Shown here piece after piece: positions 29,184 through 39,898 of a stretch of DNA of 64,000 nt. Each line of letters opens with the position of its first letter. Positions within the stretch are counted from its first letter, which is position 1. The position numbers and the translations under genes are program-made. The notes under the pieces were generated by a model that saw only the letters and a list, made by a program, of their open reading frames with translations, searched no databases and was not told where the DNA came from. The DNA comes from an uncultured candidatus Brocadiaceae bacterium (GTDB lineage Bacteria; Planctomycetota; Brocadiia; SM23-32), in assembly GCA_964572825.1 (NCBI GenBank), contig CAZNGS010000005.1, forward strand, positions 479 to 64,478, written 5' to 3'.

Positions 29184-32054
29184 TCAATCGCCGTTCCTGC
29201 CTCCGGGCGGGTCGTTCTCCAAGAAGGGCTGCAGCGCCCGGCCCGTGTGCGATTCCTGTGCGGCCACCACGGCCTCCGGCGGGCCGCAGGCGACGACGCG
29301 TCCGCCCTCGTCTCCGCCCTCCGGACCCAGGTCCACGATGTAGTCGGCGTTCTTGATGATCTCCAGGTTGTGCTCGATGACGATGATCGTATTGCCCATG
29401 TCCACCAGGGCGTGGAGGGTGCGCAGGAGTTTCTCGATGTCGTCGAAGTGCAGGCCCGTGGTGGGTTCGTCCAGGATGTAGAGGGTGTTGCCCTTGCTGC
29501 GTTTGCCCAGCTCGCGGGTCAGCTTGATGCGCTGGGCCTCGCCGCCGCTCAGGGTGGTGCTGGGTTGGCCCAGGGTCAGGTAGCCCAGGCCGACGTCGCG
29601 CATGGTGCGCAGTCTGCGTTCGATTCCGGGGTAATTGGCGAAGAACTCCAGCGCTTCCTCGACGGTCATGTCGAGTACGTCGGCAATATTCTTGCCCCGG
29701 ATGGTGATCTGCAAGGTCTGCTCGTTGAAGCGTCGGCCCTGGCACTCCTCGCACTCCAGCCGCATATCCGGCAGGAAGCTCATTTCGATTTTCTTCTCCC
29801 CCAGGCCGTCGCACACGGGACAGCGGCCGGCCCTGGTGTTGAACGAGAATCGGGAGGCCGTGTAGCCGCTCACCCTGGCCTGGCGCGTTTGGGCGAACGC
29901 CTCGCGGATGCGGTCGAAGACCTTGGTGTACGTGGCGGGGCAGGAGCGGGGGGAGCGGCCAATGGGGCTCTGGTCGATCTCCAGCACACGGTCGATCTGG
30001 TCCCATCCCTCCACGTCGCGGTGGAGGCCCGGCTTCTCGCGGCTTCCATGGAGCCTGCGCTTCAGGGCCCGGTAGAGCACATCGTGCACCAGAGTGCTCT
30101 TGCCGCTGCCGCTGACGCCGGTCACACAACAGAACAGGCCCAGGGGGAACTCCACGTCGATGTCCTTCAGGTTGTGCTCTCGCGCGCCGCGGACGGCGAT
30201 GCGCCTGTCCGGGTCCGCCCGGCGCACCCGCTCGGGCACGGCGATCTGCTCCTGTCCGGTCAGGTAGCGGGCGGTCATGCTGTCGGGGCACTCCAGCAGT
30301 TCGTCCAGGGGACCGTTGAAGACCACGTGGCCGCCTTCGCGGCCGGCGCCCGGCCCCAGGTCCAGCACCCAGTCGGCGCGGCGAATGGTGGACTCGTCGT
30401 GCTCGACCACCAGTATGGTGTTGCCCGAGTCACGCAGCCTCTCCAGGGAATCCAGCAGCCGGGCATTGTCGCGGTGGTGGAGGCCGATGGAGGGTTCGTC
30501 CAGCACGTAGCAGACGCCCGTCAGGGCGCTGCCGATCTGGGTGGCCAGCCGGATGCGCTGGAACTCACCCCGGCTCAGGGTATTGGAGCGGCGATCGCAG
30601 GTCAGGTAGTGCAGGCCCACGTCCAGCATGAAGCCCAGCCGCTGGCGGATCTCCTTCAGAATGGGCTCGGCGATTCTGGCGCGTGAGCCCTCGAAGGCAA
30701 GCTGCTCGAAAAACCGGCGGCAATCCCGGATGCTGAGCGCGCAGAGCCGCGCGACGTCCGTCCCGTCGATGGTGACGGCCAGCGCCTCGGGCCGCAATCG
30801 CCGGCCCCCGCAGTCGGGGCACGCGTCCGGGCTCATATAGCGACGGAGCTTGCGTTTTGTGGATTTGCTGCCGGTCTCCTCCAGCAGGTTGCGCAGCGAA
30901 GGGATGACGGCGTCGCTCGGCTCCAGGCCGTCCAGGTCCTGCAGGCCCTCGCCCGTCAGCAGGGCCCGCCGCTTCTCGGTCGGCAGTTGCCGGAAGGGCG
31001 TGTCGGGGTCGATATCCAGGGCGTCGGTTACCTTCTCGAGCAACCGGTCGAACTCTCTGCCGGTGCGTCCGCTCCAGTCCGACCAGCCACGGATGGCTCC
31101 GTCCGAGAGGCTGACCGAGGGATCGGGCACGATGAGCTCGGGATCGAAGGAGTCCACGGTGCCCAGCCCCTTGCAGTTCTCGCACTGTCCGTAGGGGCTG
31201 TTGAATGAGAAGGTGTTGGGGTTGGGTTCCTCGAATCCGCGGCCACACTCCGGGCATGCGAACAGCTGGCTGAACAGTATTTCCTCCCCGTCCTCGGTCA
31301 GGGCGATGCAGGTGCCCGAGCCGACGCTCAGGGCTGTCCGCACGCTGTCGGCCAGCCGGGTCTGGGTCCCGCCGCGCACCACCGGGCGGTCCACCACCAC
31401 TTCGATGTCGTGGACCTGGTAGCGTTCCAGCCGCTCCACCTCGTCCAGGTCGCGTATGACGCCGTCGATGCGCGCCCGGACGTAGCCCTCGGAGCGGACG
31501 TTCTCCAGAAGCTCCCGGTAGTGTCCCCGGCGGCCCCGCACGACGGGTGCCAGCAGGGAGAGCTTCGTGCCTTCGGGCAGGTCCTGGATGCCCGCCACGA
31601 TCTGCTCCAGGCTCTGGTGGCGTATCTCCGCCCCGCAGTCGGGGCAGTGGGGAGTGCCCAGGCGGGCGTAGAGGAGCCGGAAGAAATCGTATATCTCGGT
31701 CGTGGTGGCAACCGTGGATCGGGGGCCGGCCCCGCGCATCTCCTGCTCGATGGCGATGGTGGGCGGAAGCCCGACGATCAGGTCACAGTCGGGCCGGGGC
31801 ATCTGCTCCAGGAATTGGCGCGCATAGGAGGACAGACTCTCGATATAGCGCCGCTGCCCCTCGGCATAGAGCGTGTCGAACGCCAGGGAGGACTTCCCGC
31901 TTCCGCTCACTCCCGTCACGGCCACCACGGCGTCCCGCGGCAGCCTCAGGTCGACGTTCTTCAGGTTATTCGTCCGCGCATGGAGCACACCGATCCAGCC
32001 CTCCATCTCCCCCGCCCAGTCCTGCGGGACGACCTCGTCTATCTCCGTGGCCAT
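29184..32054 (-). CDS. uvrA: excinuclease ABC subunit A
   Basis: Two ABC ATPase modules (GVSGSGKSS, twice), zinc-finger cysteines and length 956 aa. Confidence 0.95.
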   Translation of the reverse strand: MATEIDEVVPQDWAGEMEGWIGVLHARTNNLKNVDLRLPRDAVVAVTGVSGSGKSSLAFDTLYAEGQRRYIESLSSYARQFLEQMPRPDCDLIVGLPPTIAIEQEMRGAGPRSTVATTTEIYDFFRLLYARLGTPHCPDCGAEIRHQSLEQIVAGIQDLPEGTKLSLLAPVVRGRRGHYRELLENVRSEGYVRARIDGVIRDLDEVERLERYQVHDIEVVVDRPVVRGGTQTRLADSVRTALSVGSGTCIALTEDGEEILFSQLFACPECGRGFEEPNPNTFSFNSPYGQCENCKGLGTVDSFDPELIVPDPSVSLSDGAIRGWSDWSGRTGREFDRLLEKVTDALDIDPDTPFRQLPTEKRRALLTGEGLQDLDGLEPSDAVIPSLRNLLEETGSKSTKRKLRRYMSPDACPDCGGRRLRPEALAVTIDGTDVARLCALSIRDCRRFFEQLAFEGSRARIAEPILKEIRQRLGFMLDVGLHYLTCDRRSNTLSRGEFQRIRLATQIGSALTGVCYVLDEPSIGLHHRDNARLLDSLERLRDSGNTILVVEHDESTIRRADWVLDLGPGAGREGGHVVFNGPLDELLECPDSMTARYLTGQEQIAVPERVRRADPDRRIAVRGAREHNLKDIDVEFPLGLFCCVTGVSGSGKSTLVHDVLYRALKRRLHGSREKPGLHRDVEGWDQIDRVLEIDQSPIGRSPRSCPATYTKVFDRIREAFAQTRQARVSGYTASRFSFNTRAGRCPVCDGLGEKKIEMSFLPDMRLECEECQGRRFNEQTLQITIRGKNIADVLDMTVEEALEFFANYPGIERRLRTMRDVGLGYLTLGQPSTTLSGGEAQRIKLTRELGKRSKGNTLYILDEPTTGLHFDDIEKLLRTLHALVDMGNTIIVIEHNLEIIKNADYIVDLGPEGGDEGGRVVACGPPEAVVAAQESHTGRALQPFLENDPPGGRNGD

Positions 32055-32057
32055 GAC

Positions 32058-33374
32058 TCACCCTTCCCGCCGGGAATCTCCGCGGCGGCGTGCGACAAAC
32101 TTGATGGGTATGGAAGTGAAGCCGAACCGCTCCCGGAGCTGGTTGGCCAGGTAGCGGGTGTAAGCATCGTTGAGCAGTTCGGGATGGTTCATGAACAGGG
32201 CGATAGTTGGGGGCTGAGTGTCCACCTGCGTGGCGTAATATACACGCGCCTGCTTCGATGAGGTGGACGGCGGACGCACGCGCGTCGTGATCTCCTCCAT
32301 GGCGCGGTTCAGCGTGCCGGTTGAGACGCGGATGAAACTCTGTTCATGGAGCGCCTGCGCCGTCTGAATGAGCCGCATGACGTTGTCCCCGGTCAGGGCG
32401 CTGATGTAGACCACGGGGGCGAACGCGAGGCCCGGCAGAGAGTCCCGCACGTAGGACTCCCATTCCTCCAGCGTCGTTTCCGGGGCAAGGTCCATCTTGT
32501 TGATGGCCACCACGCACGGCTTGTAACGGTCCACGATCCGGCCCCCCAGCTTCTTGTCGATCCGGGCGATTTCGGTGGGCGCTTCGATCATCAGGACCAC
32601 CACGTCCGCGCGTTCGATGGCACCGAACGAACGGGCCGTGCTGTAGTAATCCACGGAGGTCTTGATCTGTTTTCGGTGGCGCACGCCGGCGGTGTCGATG
32701 GCCACGAACTGCATGCCGTCGATGCGGAAGCGCACGTCCACCGAATCGCGCGTCGTGCCGGGGGTCTCGCTGACCACCACGCGGGATTCGCGGGCCAGGT
32801 AATTCACCAGAGTGCTCTTGCCGACGTTGCGGCGCCCCACGAAGGCGAGCTTCATGGGTTCGGCCTCCTCCGGTTCGGCGGTGCGTGGCAGCAGTTCCGC
32901 CATCCTGTCCAGGAGCTTTCCCGTGCCCCGCCTGTGGATGGCGGAAACCGGATGCAGTTCCCCGAAACCCAGAGAATAGAAGTCGGCGGCCGCGGTCTCC
33001 TGCGCCATTCGGTCGCATTTATTCACCACGACCAGCACTTCTTTGCCCGCGCGGCGCAGCTCGTCGGCTATGCGATGATCGAGCGGCTGCACTCCCTCGG
33101 GACCCTCCACCACCAGCAGAACCAAATCCGCCCTGCGCAGGGCGATTCGAATCTGGTCCTCGACGTGCTCCGACAGTTCCTGCTCTGTGCCCATGCCGCC
33201 CGTGTCCACCAGTTCGAACTGCGTGCCGTCGTGCTCGCAGCGGTGCGTGATGCGGTCCCGGGTCACGCCGGCGGTGGGCTCCACGATGGCCACACGGCGA
33301 CCGTAGAGGGCATTGAACAGGGACGATTTGCCCACGTTGGGTCGCCCCACTATAACAACTGACGGCGGCGGCAT
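32058..33374 (-). CDS. der: ribosome-associated GTPase Der (EngA)
   Basis: Two tandem GTPase domains (GRPNVGKSS and GRRNVGKST) plus a C-terminal KH-like domain. The stop lies 3 nt from the uvrA start. Confidence 0.9.
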   Translation of the reverse strand: MPPPSVVIVGRPNVGKSSLFNALYGRRVAIVEPTAGVTRDRITHRCEHDGTQFELVDTGGMGTEQELSEHVEDQIRIALRRADLVLLVVEGPEGVQPLDHRIADELRRAGKEVLVVVNKCDRMAQETAAADFYSLGFGELHPVSAIHRRGTGKLLDRMAELLPRTAEPEEAEPMKLAFVGRRNVGKSTLVNYLARESRVVVSETPGTTRDSVDVRFRIDGMQFVAIDTAGVRHRKQIKTSVDYYSTARSFGAIERADVVVLMIEAPTEIARIDKKLGGRIVDRYKPCVVAINKMDLAPETTLEEWESYVRDSLPGLAFAPVVYISALTGDNVMRLIQTAQALHEQSFIRVSTGTLNRAMEEITTRVRPPSTSSKQARVYYATQVDTQPPTIALFMNHPELLNDAYTRYLANQLRERFGFTSIPIKFVARRRGDSRREG

Positions 33375-33496
33375 AACACTCCCCCCGGGCGCACGTAGTG
33401 TCCCGTTGATGGGCGACAGGACCATTCAAACTCGCCATTATAGCAGACGCCCCTCCCGCCGCGCACCTGCAGCAAGCTCCCCGGCGCGGCCAACAT

Positions 33497-33526
33497 TTGC
33501 CGCACGGGTCCGGCGGAGCGTACAAT
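33497..33526 (+). promoter_or_regulatory. promoter candidate TTGCCG-N18-TACAAT for the mobA-fdhD gene
   Basis: ttgccgcacgggtccggcggagcgtacaat lies about 40 nt upstream of ATG 33566, in the divergent der/mobA-fdhD intergenic region. Confidence 0.25.
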
Positions 33527-33565
33527 TATGATCACGATCCTGCGCCTGATGTCGGGGAACCGCCC

Positions 33566-34939
33566 ATGCCCGAGGACGTTTCAGAAGTCTTTCTCCTCTG
33601 CGGAGGGGACAGCGAGAGGCTGGGATTTCCCAAGGAGATGCTTCGGGTGGAAGGCGTGCCGCTCGCCGTGAAGCTTGTGAACAGGCTGCGCAGGGCTTTC
33701 GGCAGGGCGGCCGTGGTCACGAACCGTTCCCCTTACCTGGAGCACTGGCTGGACGTGCCCATACATCCGGACCGGTACCCCGGCCAGGGCCCGCTGGCGG
33801 GGATCCACTCCGGGCTGTGCGAGGCGACGGGAGACTCAGCCTTCTTTCTCGCGTGCGACATGCCCTTTGTGACGGTGCCGATGATGAAGCGGCTGGCGCA
33901 GGATGCGCGCACGGCGGAGGCCGGCATTGTCACCTTCCGCACCTCCAGGGGGCCCGAGCCGCTTTGCGGGGTGTACCGCAAACGGCTCTTGCCGGAGATG
34001 GAGAAACGGCTGCGGGAAGGCTCCAAAGCCAGCCCCTGGGACTTCGCGCGGGCCGTCGGCGCGCGGTTCATCCCCGCCGACGAGGACGAGGCCCGCCGAC
34101 TGCGGGACGTGGATTCGCCGGCCGACCTCCGCTTTCTGAGGGAGGTGTTCGACGAGGTGGAGCCGTTGCCCGTGCACCGGCGCTCCATAGCCCGGCTCGG
34201 GGAGGGCGACACACGGTCGGACCTGCTGGTGGAGGAGCACGCCGTGGCCTTCTATGCAAACCAGGTCCATCTGGTGACTATCGATTGCCTGCCCGGATCG
34301 CTGCGGGAACTGGCGGTAGGGCTCTGCGTGGGGGCCGGACTGGCGGAGGAGCTGGACGAAATCCATGGTGTGGAGGTTGACTACCGACGGGATCGCGTGA
34401 CCATCGGACTGGAGGGGCAAACGTCCGAGCTGCAGCGGACGCTGCAACGACACCTGGCCTCGGGCTGCGGCGCCCGGCCCGGCGTCGGAGGAGGCGCCGT
34501 GCGCGCGGTGGGGCGGGGCAGCCGGAGTTTCCATGTCGGGGCTGGCCACATTCTGGATGTCCTGGACAACCTGCGGCGCATGGCGCCGGTTTTCCAGCAG
34601 ACCGGCGCGACCCACCAGGCGGCCTTCAGCGACGGGCAGAGGGTGCTGTACTTCGCCGAGGACGTGGGCCGTCACAACGCCGTGGACAAAGTGCTGGGCG
34701 GCTGCCTGCTGCGAGAGGTGGATCTGGAAAGGGGCGTCCTGGTGGTCACCGGCCGGCTGAACGCCCAGATAGTGGAAAAAGTTCTCCGCTGCGGCGTGCC
34801 CGTGCTGGCCTCGCGGTCCGCGGCGACCGCCCGGGCCGCCGGCAGCGCCGCCCGCCACGGGTTGACACTGGTGGGTTTTGCACGTGGACGGCGAATGAAC
34901 GTTTACACCCATCCGGAGCGGGTGAACCTGGATCGCTGA
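33566..34939 (+). CDS. fusion protein: molybdenum cofactor guanylyltransferase (MobA-like) N-terminal domain + FdhD sulfurtransferase C-terminal domain
   Basis: N-terminal LLCGGDSERLG...GPLAG...ACDMPF (MobA nucleotidyltransferase fold). C-terminal FdhD hallmarks SGCGARPG (catalytic Cys loop), GRHNAVDKVLG and ...NVYTHPERV. Confidence 0.7.
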   Translation: MPEDVSEVFLLCGGDSERLGFPKEMLRVEGVPLAVKLVNRLRRAFGRAAVVTNRSPYLEHWLDVPIHPDRYPGQGPLAGIHSGLCEATGDSAFFLACDMPFVTVPMMKRLAQDARTAEAGIVTFRTSRGPEPLCGVYRKRLLPEMEKRLREGSKASPWDFARAVGARFIPADEDEARRLRDVDSPADLRFLREVFDEVEPLPVHRRSIARLGEGDTRSDLLVEEHAVAFYANQVHLVTIDCLPGSLRELAVGLCVGAGLAEELDEIHGVEVDYRRDRVTIGLEGQTSELQRTLQRHLASGCGARPGVGGGAVRAVGRGSRSFHVGAGHILDVLDNLRRMAPVFQQTGATHQAAFSDGQRVLYFAEDVGRHNAVDKVLGGCLLREVDLERGVLVVTGRLNAQIVEKVLRCGVPVLASRSAATARAAGSAARHGLTLVGFARGRRMNVYTHPERVNLDR

Positions 34940-34996
34940 GATGGCTCGACACAAGCGCCGAGATGCGGATACCGGGCGCGGGATAGGAGGCTTTTA

Positions 34997-36610
34997 ATGC
35001 CGACCAGCATGAAGGCGACCGTGAACGTGCCGCTGGAATGGGGCTATGCCTCCGGACGGCAGTACAAGGACCCCTTCCACGAACTTCAGGTGGACGCGTT
35101 GGTGACCGACCCGGGAGGCGGGGAGCAACGCGTGCCGGCATTCTGGGCCGGCGGCCAGCAGTGGCGCCTCCGCTACGCGCCGCACATGCCCGGAACGTAC
35201 CAGGTGCGCACGGAATGCACGGACCGGGACAACCCGGCTTTGCACGACCGGCGGCTCGCCCTGGAGGCGGCGCCCTACGAGGGCGACAATCCGCTCCTGG
35301 CCCGCGGAGGCCTGCGGGTGAGCGAGGATCACCGACGACTGGACCACGCCGACGGGACGCCTTTCTTCTGGCTGGGCGATACGTGGTGGATGGGGCTCTG
35401 TCGGCGTTTGAGGTGGCCGGATGAATTCCAGACGCTCGCCGCCGACCGGCGCCGGAAGGGATTCTCGGTCATCCAGATCGTGGCCGGGCTCTATCCCGAC
35501 ATGCCCCCGTTCGACGGGCGGGGTGACAACGAGGCCGGCTGGCCCTGGGAGCGCGACTACGCCCGCGTCAATCCGGCCTATTTTGACATGGCCGATCTGC
35601 GGCTGTTCCACCTGGTTTGCTCGGGGCTGGTGCCGTGCGTCGTGGGGTGCTGGGGCTTCTACCTGAAGTGGCTGGGCGTTGAGCGGATGAAGAAGCACTG
35701 GCGCTATCTCGTGGCGCGCTACGGCGCGCTGCCCGTCGTCTGGTGCCTGGCGGGGGAGGCTACGATGCCCTGGTACGTGTCCGAGGAGAAAGAGGCCGAC
35801 CGGGACCTGCTGAAGCGGGGGTGGACCGGGGTGGCACGTTACCTCCGAGAGACCGACCCCTACCGGCGTCCCGTTACGATCCATCCCACCCGCCGGGGGA
35901 TCGAACAGGTCGAAGACCCCTCCGTGCTCGATTTCGAGATGCTGCAGACCGGTCACGAGGGCTATGAGAGCATTCCCAACACCGTGGAGACAATGCGGAC
36001 CGCCGTGGGCGATGAGCTCGAAATGCCGGTGCTGACCGGGGAGGTCTGCTACGAGGGCATCCTGGAGGGAAGCCGGCAGGAGGTCCAGCGATTCATGTTC
36101 TGGAGCTGCATGTTGTCCGGGGCATGCGGGCACACGTACGGCGCCCAGGGCATCTGGTGTGTGAATCGGCCGGGGGAGCCGTTCGGCCCGTCGCCGTGGG
36201 GCAGCTCCTCGGGCGACACCCCGTGGCAGGAGGCTGCCCGACTGCCGGGTTCGACCCAGGTGGGAGCGGGAAAGACCATCCTGGAGCGGTGGAAGTGGTG
36301 GCGGTTCGAGCCGCACCCGGAATGGGTCCATCCCGCCGCGGGCCCGGAGGACTACCGGGGCGCCTATGCGGCCGGAATTCCGGGGCAGGTGCGGGTGTTT
36401 TACTTCCCCCGGCCCATCCTGCCGTGGCGTTTCACGCCAACCGTGCGCCGGCTCGAGCAGGGCCTGTTCTACCGTGCCACGTTCGTGGATCCGAAGGATG
36501 GGACGGACTACGACGCGGGTACCGCTGAGGCGGATGCGGAGGGCGAGTGGACCGTTCCGTTCCCGCCCATCGCCCAGGACTGGGTTCTGTGCCTGGAGCG
36601 GTCGTCCTGA
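34997..36610 (+). CDS. DUF4038/GH140-like glycoside hydrolase with N-terminal beta-sandwich (DUF5060-like)
   Basis: FFWLGDTWW motif and TIM-barrel core typical of DUF4038 proteins. Confidence 0.6.
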   Translation: MPTSMKATVNVPLEWGYASGRQYKDPFHELQVDALVTDPGGGEQRVPAFWAGGQQWRLRYAPHMPGTYQVRTECTDRDNPALHDRRLALEAAPYEGDNPLLARGGLRVSEDHRRLDHADGTPFFWLGDTWWMGLCRRLRWPDEFQTLAADRRRKGFSVIQIVAGLYPDMPPFDGRGDNEAGWPWERDYARVNPAYFDMADLRLFHLVCSGLVPCVVGCWGFYLKWLGVERMKKHWRYLVARYGALPVVWCLAGEATMPWYVSEEKEADRDLLKRGWTGVARYLRETDPYRRPVTIHPTRRGIEQVEDPSVLDFEMLQTGHEGYESIPNTVETMRTAVGDELEMPVLTGEVCYEGILEGSRQEVQRFMFWSCMLSGACGHTYGAQGIWCVNRPGEPFGPSPWGSSSGDTPWQEAARLPGSTQVGAGKTILERWKWWRFEPHPEWVHPAAGPEDYRGAYAAGIPGQVRVFYFPRPILPWRFTPTVRRLEQGLFYRATFVDPKDGTDYDAGTAEADAEGEWTVPFPPIAQDWVLCLERSS

Positions 36611-36643
36611 CCTGAGCAGGGACTGAACAGGAGGTCCGGCGGA

Positions 36644-37354
36644 ATGAGCCAGAAGGTGCTCTACTCGATTCGGGACCTGTCGAAGACCTACCCCATGGGG
36701 GAGGTCACCGTTCACGCCCTGCGGGGCGTGGACCTGGATGTATACGACGGTGAGTTCCTGGTGCTGCTGGGGCCCAGCGGCAGCGGCAAGAGCACGCTGC
36801 TGAACCTGGTGGGCGGCATGGACAGCCCCACTACCGGTAGCGTGAGCCTGCGGGACACGGAGATCGCGGGCTTCACCGAGCGCCAGCTTACGGCTTACCG
36901 CCGCGAGCACGTCGGGTTCATCTTCCAGTTTTTCAACCTCATTCCCATCCTGACGGCCCGCGAGAACATCGAGCTCGCCACGCAGGTATGCTCCAATCCG
37001 CTGTCCATTCAGGAGGTGCTGGAGCTGGTGAACCTGGCGGATCGCGCCGACCATTTCCCGTCTCAGCTTTCGGGTGGCGAGCAGCAGAGGGTGGCCATCG
37101 CCCGGGCCGTCTGCAAGAACCCCGAAGTCCTTCTGGGTGACGAGCCCACGGGGGCGCTGGACTATGAGACGGGCAAGCTGGTGCTGGAGGTGCTGCGGCG
37201 CGTGCACCGCACCTCCGGAAAGACCGTGGTGGTGGTCACCCACAACGCGGCCATCGCGCGGATGGCCGACCGGGTGGTACGGCTGCGCAGCGGCACCGTC
37301 CAGGACGTGAGCGTCAACGATAACCCGATCGAGCCCGGGGACCTCACATGGTAG
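36644..37354 (+). CDS. ABC transporter ATP-binding protein (MacB/LolD/DevA-like)
   Basis: Walker [10 protein letters not shown], signature LSGGEQQR and Walker [12 protein letters not shown]. Confidence 0.9.
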   Translation: MSQKVLYSIRDLSKTYPMGEVTVHALRGVDLDVYDGEFLVLLGPSGSGKSTLLNLVGGMDSPTTGSVSLRDTEIAGFTERQLTAYRREHVGFIFQFFNLIPILTARENIELATQVCSNPLSIQEVLELVNLADRADHFPSQLSGGEQQRVAIARAVCKNPEVLLGDEPTGALDYETGKLVLEVLRRVHRTSGKTVVVVTHNAAIARMADRVVRLRSGTVQDVSVNDNPIEPGDLTW

Positions 37355-39723
37355 GCTCCGCACTGCGCAAGAAACTGCTGCGGGACGTGAGGGGGATGTG
37401 GGCGCAGTTCGCCGCCGCCACGGCCGTGGTGCTGCTGGCCACCATGATCTTCGTCACCTTCAGGGTGACCTACGGGAGTCTGGTCAGGTCCCGCGACGAC
37501 TACTACGCGCGCTGTCGTTTTGCCGACTTCTTCGTGCGTCTGGAGCGGGCCCCCCGTTCGTCGCTAAGGGACGTGGAGGCCATCCCCGGGGTGTGGCGTG
37601 CACGGGGGCGCGTCGTGAAGGACGTGCCCCTGGAGGTGCCGGGCGACGAGGGCTCGGTCGTGGGGCGGATGATCTCCATGCCGGACCGGCGCGACGAGCC
37701 GGTCAACGACATCCACCTCGTGCGGGGGTCCTATTTCCCCGGCGCTTCTTCCAAAGAGGTGATCGTCAACCAGCGGTTCTGCGAGGCGAACGGCCTCCGG
37801 GTGGGCGATACATTCCAGGCCACCATCAACGAACGGAAGGAAGACCTCCGCATCGTCGGCATGGTCTACAGCCCGGAGTACGTCTACATCATTCGCAACG
37901 TGCAGCAACTGGCCCCCGATAACGAGAGCTTCGCCATCATTTTCGCGCGGGAATCGTTCGTCGAAGACGCGTTCAACCTGACCAACGCGTTCAATGACCT
38001 GACGGGCCTGCTGCGGCCGGGGGCGGACGTGGACCGGGTGCTGGACGCCATCGAGGAGGAGCTGTCAACCTACGGGGTCTACCTGAAGCACGGAAGGATC
38101 GATCAGCCTTCTAACCGTTACCTCCACGAGGAGCTGAAGGGGGTGCGCATCGCCAGCCGGGTGGTGCCGATGGTCTTTCTGCTGGTGGCGGCGACGGTCA
38201 TTCACGTCATTGTCCGGCGGATCACGGAGTTGCAGCGCACCCAGATCGGCCTGCTCTGTGCACTGGGCTACACGAAGCTGCAGGTGGTGTGGCACTATAT
38301 CTCGTACGCGCTGGTCGTGGCCGTTGTCGGCACGGCGCTGGGGGCTATCTTCAGTCGCTGGCTGGCCGGCCGGTTCCTGCTGATGTACCGGCAGTTCTTC
38401 CAGTTCCCGTCCCTGACGGTGCGTTTCCATGCTTCGCCGGTGTTCTTTGCACTGGCGTTGAACTGCGGAATGTGCGTGCTGGGAGCGGGGCATTCGGCCT
38501 GGCGGGTGCTGAAGATGGAGCCCGCTGTCGCCCTTGCTCCGAAGCCCCCGGAGCGGGGCGGCATCCTCCATCTCGGCGGCCTCTCCTTCGTCTGGCGGGG
38601 GCTCCCCCTGACGTGGCGCATCGCCGCGAGAAATGCCCTCCGGAACCGGACGCGCACGCTGTTCAGCGTCGGTGGCGTGGCGGTGGCCATGATGATACTT
38701 GTCGTCGGACGGACGACCACCGACTTTCTTGATTTCATCATCGAGCATCACTTCAACAGGGTGGAGCTGGCGGACGTGCGGGTCGAGTTCGTGAGCGAGC
38801 GCGGCGAGTCGGCCGTTCTCGACCTCGCCCACGTGGATGGAGTGCGCCGGGTGGAGGGCATCTACCAGATAGGGGCGGATGTGCGCAAGGCGTGGCGCAG
38901 CAGATTCGTCGGAATCCTGGGATTGCCCGCTGAACACCGCCTCTATCGCGTGCTGGACAGATCGGGCCGGCGCATTCACGTGCCGCGGGAGGGCCTGATC
39001 GTGCCCAGGGTGCTGGCGGACAGGCTGGACCTGCGGCCCGGCGATACGGTGGGACTCGATCCCTTCGTGGAGGACATCGGTGAGCGTGAGGCCGTCGTGC
39101 GCGGGATTGTGGACGAATACGTTGGCCTGGACCTGTATGCCCATCGCCATTACCTGGCCCGCCTTCTGGGCAAGGGCCCCCTGGTCAGCGGCGCCATGGC
39201 CACCGTGGAGAGGGACCGGTTGCAGGAGGTGATGGACCGGCTGGACGATCTGCCCGGGGTGATGGCCGTCACGGCAACCCGCCACACGCTGGAGAGTTTC
39301 ATCGAAAGCGTGCGAGAGCTGGTCGGGGTGGCGGTCCTGGCGCAGACCATCGCGGGGGCGATCATCGCTTTCGCGGTCATTTACAACGCATCTTCGGTCA
39401 GCATTGCGGAGCAGGAACGCGACCTGGCCTGCATGCGCAGCCTGGGCTACAGCCAGGAGCAGGTCGCCGACATCGCAACCCACGACGTCATGCCGCTGGG
39501 GCTGGCGGGCGTGGCGCTGGGCGTGCCCCTGGCGATGCTTGTGTCCCGCATCATCGCCGATGCCTACGAGACGGACCTCTACCGGCTGCCGGTGGTCATA
39601 TGCCCGGCCACCTACCTGACCTCTGCGGCGTTGGTGCTGTTGTTCCTGCTCGTGTCACGATGGCTGGCCCGCCGCCGGGTGTACCGCATCGACATCGTCC
39701 GTCGGCTGAAGACCAGGGAGTAA
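37348..39723 (+). CDS. ABC transporter permease with two FtsX-like 4-TM domains (DevC/MacB-permease type)
   Basis: 791 aa. The start overlaps the ATPase stop by 7 nt. Two FtsX-type TM bundles are separated by periplasmic domains. Confidence 0.8.
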   Translation: MVGSALRKKLLRDVRGMWAQFAAATAVVLLATMIFVTFRVTYGSLVRSRDDYYARCRFADFFVRLERAPRSSLRDVEAIPGVWRARGRVVKDVPLEVPGDEGSVVGRMISMPDRRDEPVNDIHLVRGSYFPGASSKEVIVNQRFCEANGLRVGDTFQATINERKEDLRIVGMVYSPEYVYIIRNVQQLAPDNESFAIIFARESFVEDAFNLTNAFNDLTGLLRPGADVDRVLDAIEEELSTYGVYLKHGRIDQPSNRYLHEELKGVRIASRVVPMVFLLVAATVIHVIVRRITELQRTQIGLLCALGYTKLQVVWHYISYALVVAVVGTALGAIFSRWLAGRFLLMYRQFFQFPSLTVRFHASPVFFALALNCGMCVLGAGHSAWRVLKMEPAVALAPKPPERGGILHLGGLSFVWRGLPLTWRIAARNALRNRTRTLFSVGGVAVAMMILVVGRTTTDFLDFIIEHHFNRVELADVRVEFVSERGESAVLDLAHVDGVRRVEGIYQIGADVRKAWRSRFVGILGLPAEHRLYRVLDRSGRRIHVPREGLIVPRVLADRLDLRPGDTVGLDPFVEDIGEREAVVRGIVDEYVGLDLYAHRHYLARLLGKGPLVSGAMATVERDRLQEVMDRLDDLPGVMAVTATRHTLESFIESVRELVGVAVLAQTIAGAIIAFAVIYNASSVSIAEQERDLACMRSLGYSQEQVADIATHDVMPLGLAGVALGVPLAMLVSRIIADAYETDLYRLPVVICPATYLTSAALVLLFLLVSRWLARRRVYRIDIVRRLKTRE

Positions 39724-39898
39724 CCGTGGAAGGCAGCAGGGCAGAGAACACATCGGGCTTTTGTGTTAAACGGTATTGTTTGATACAACATGCGTACGCA
39801 ACGGTGAACACCGGCGGGATTGCGCGGGTAAGGAGCACGGTTTGCCCGGTGGACGCCGGGTTTGCATTTGACGTGCTGCCCCGGGCGGGAGGTACGCC

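Noticed and set aside
26285-29343. 730-aa minus and 891-aa plus ORFs overlapping glnD
   Set aside because: They are in alternative frames or antisense to glnD. Their products are Arg/Pro/Gly-rich with no motifs.
29041-30291. N-terminal 417 aa of the 1307-aa minus-strand ORF upstream of the glnD start
   Set aside because: This part overlaps the uvrA 3' region in another frame. GlnD homology and a sensible length begin at MESPMSK (29040).
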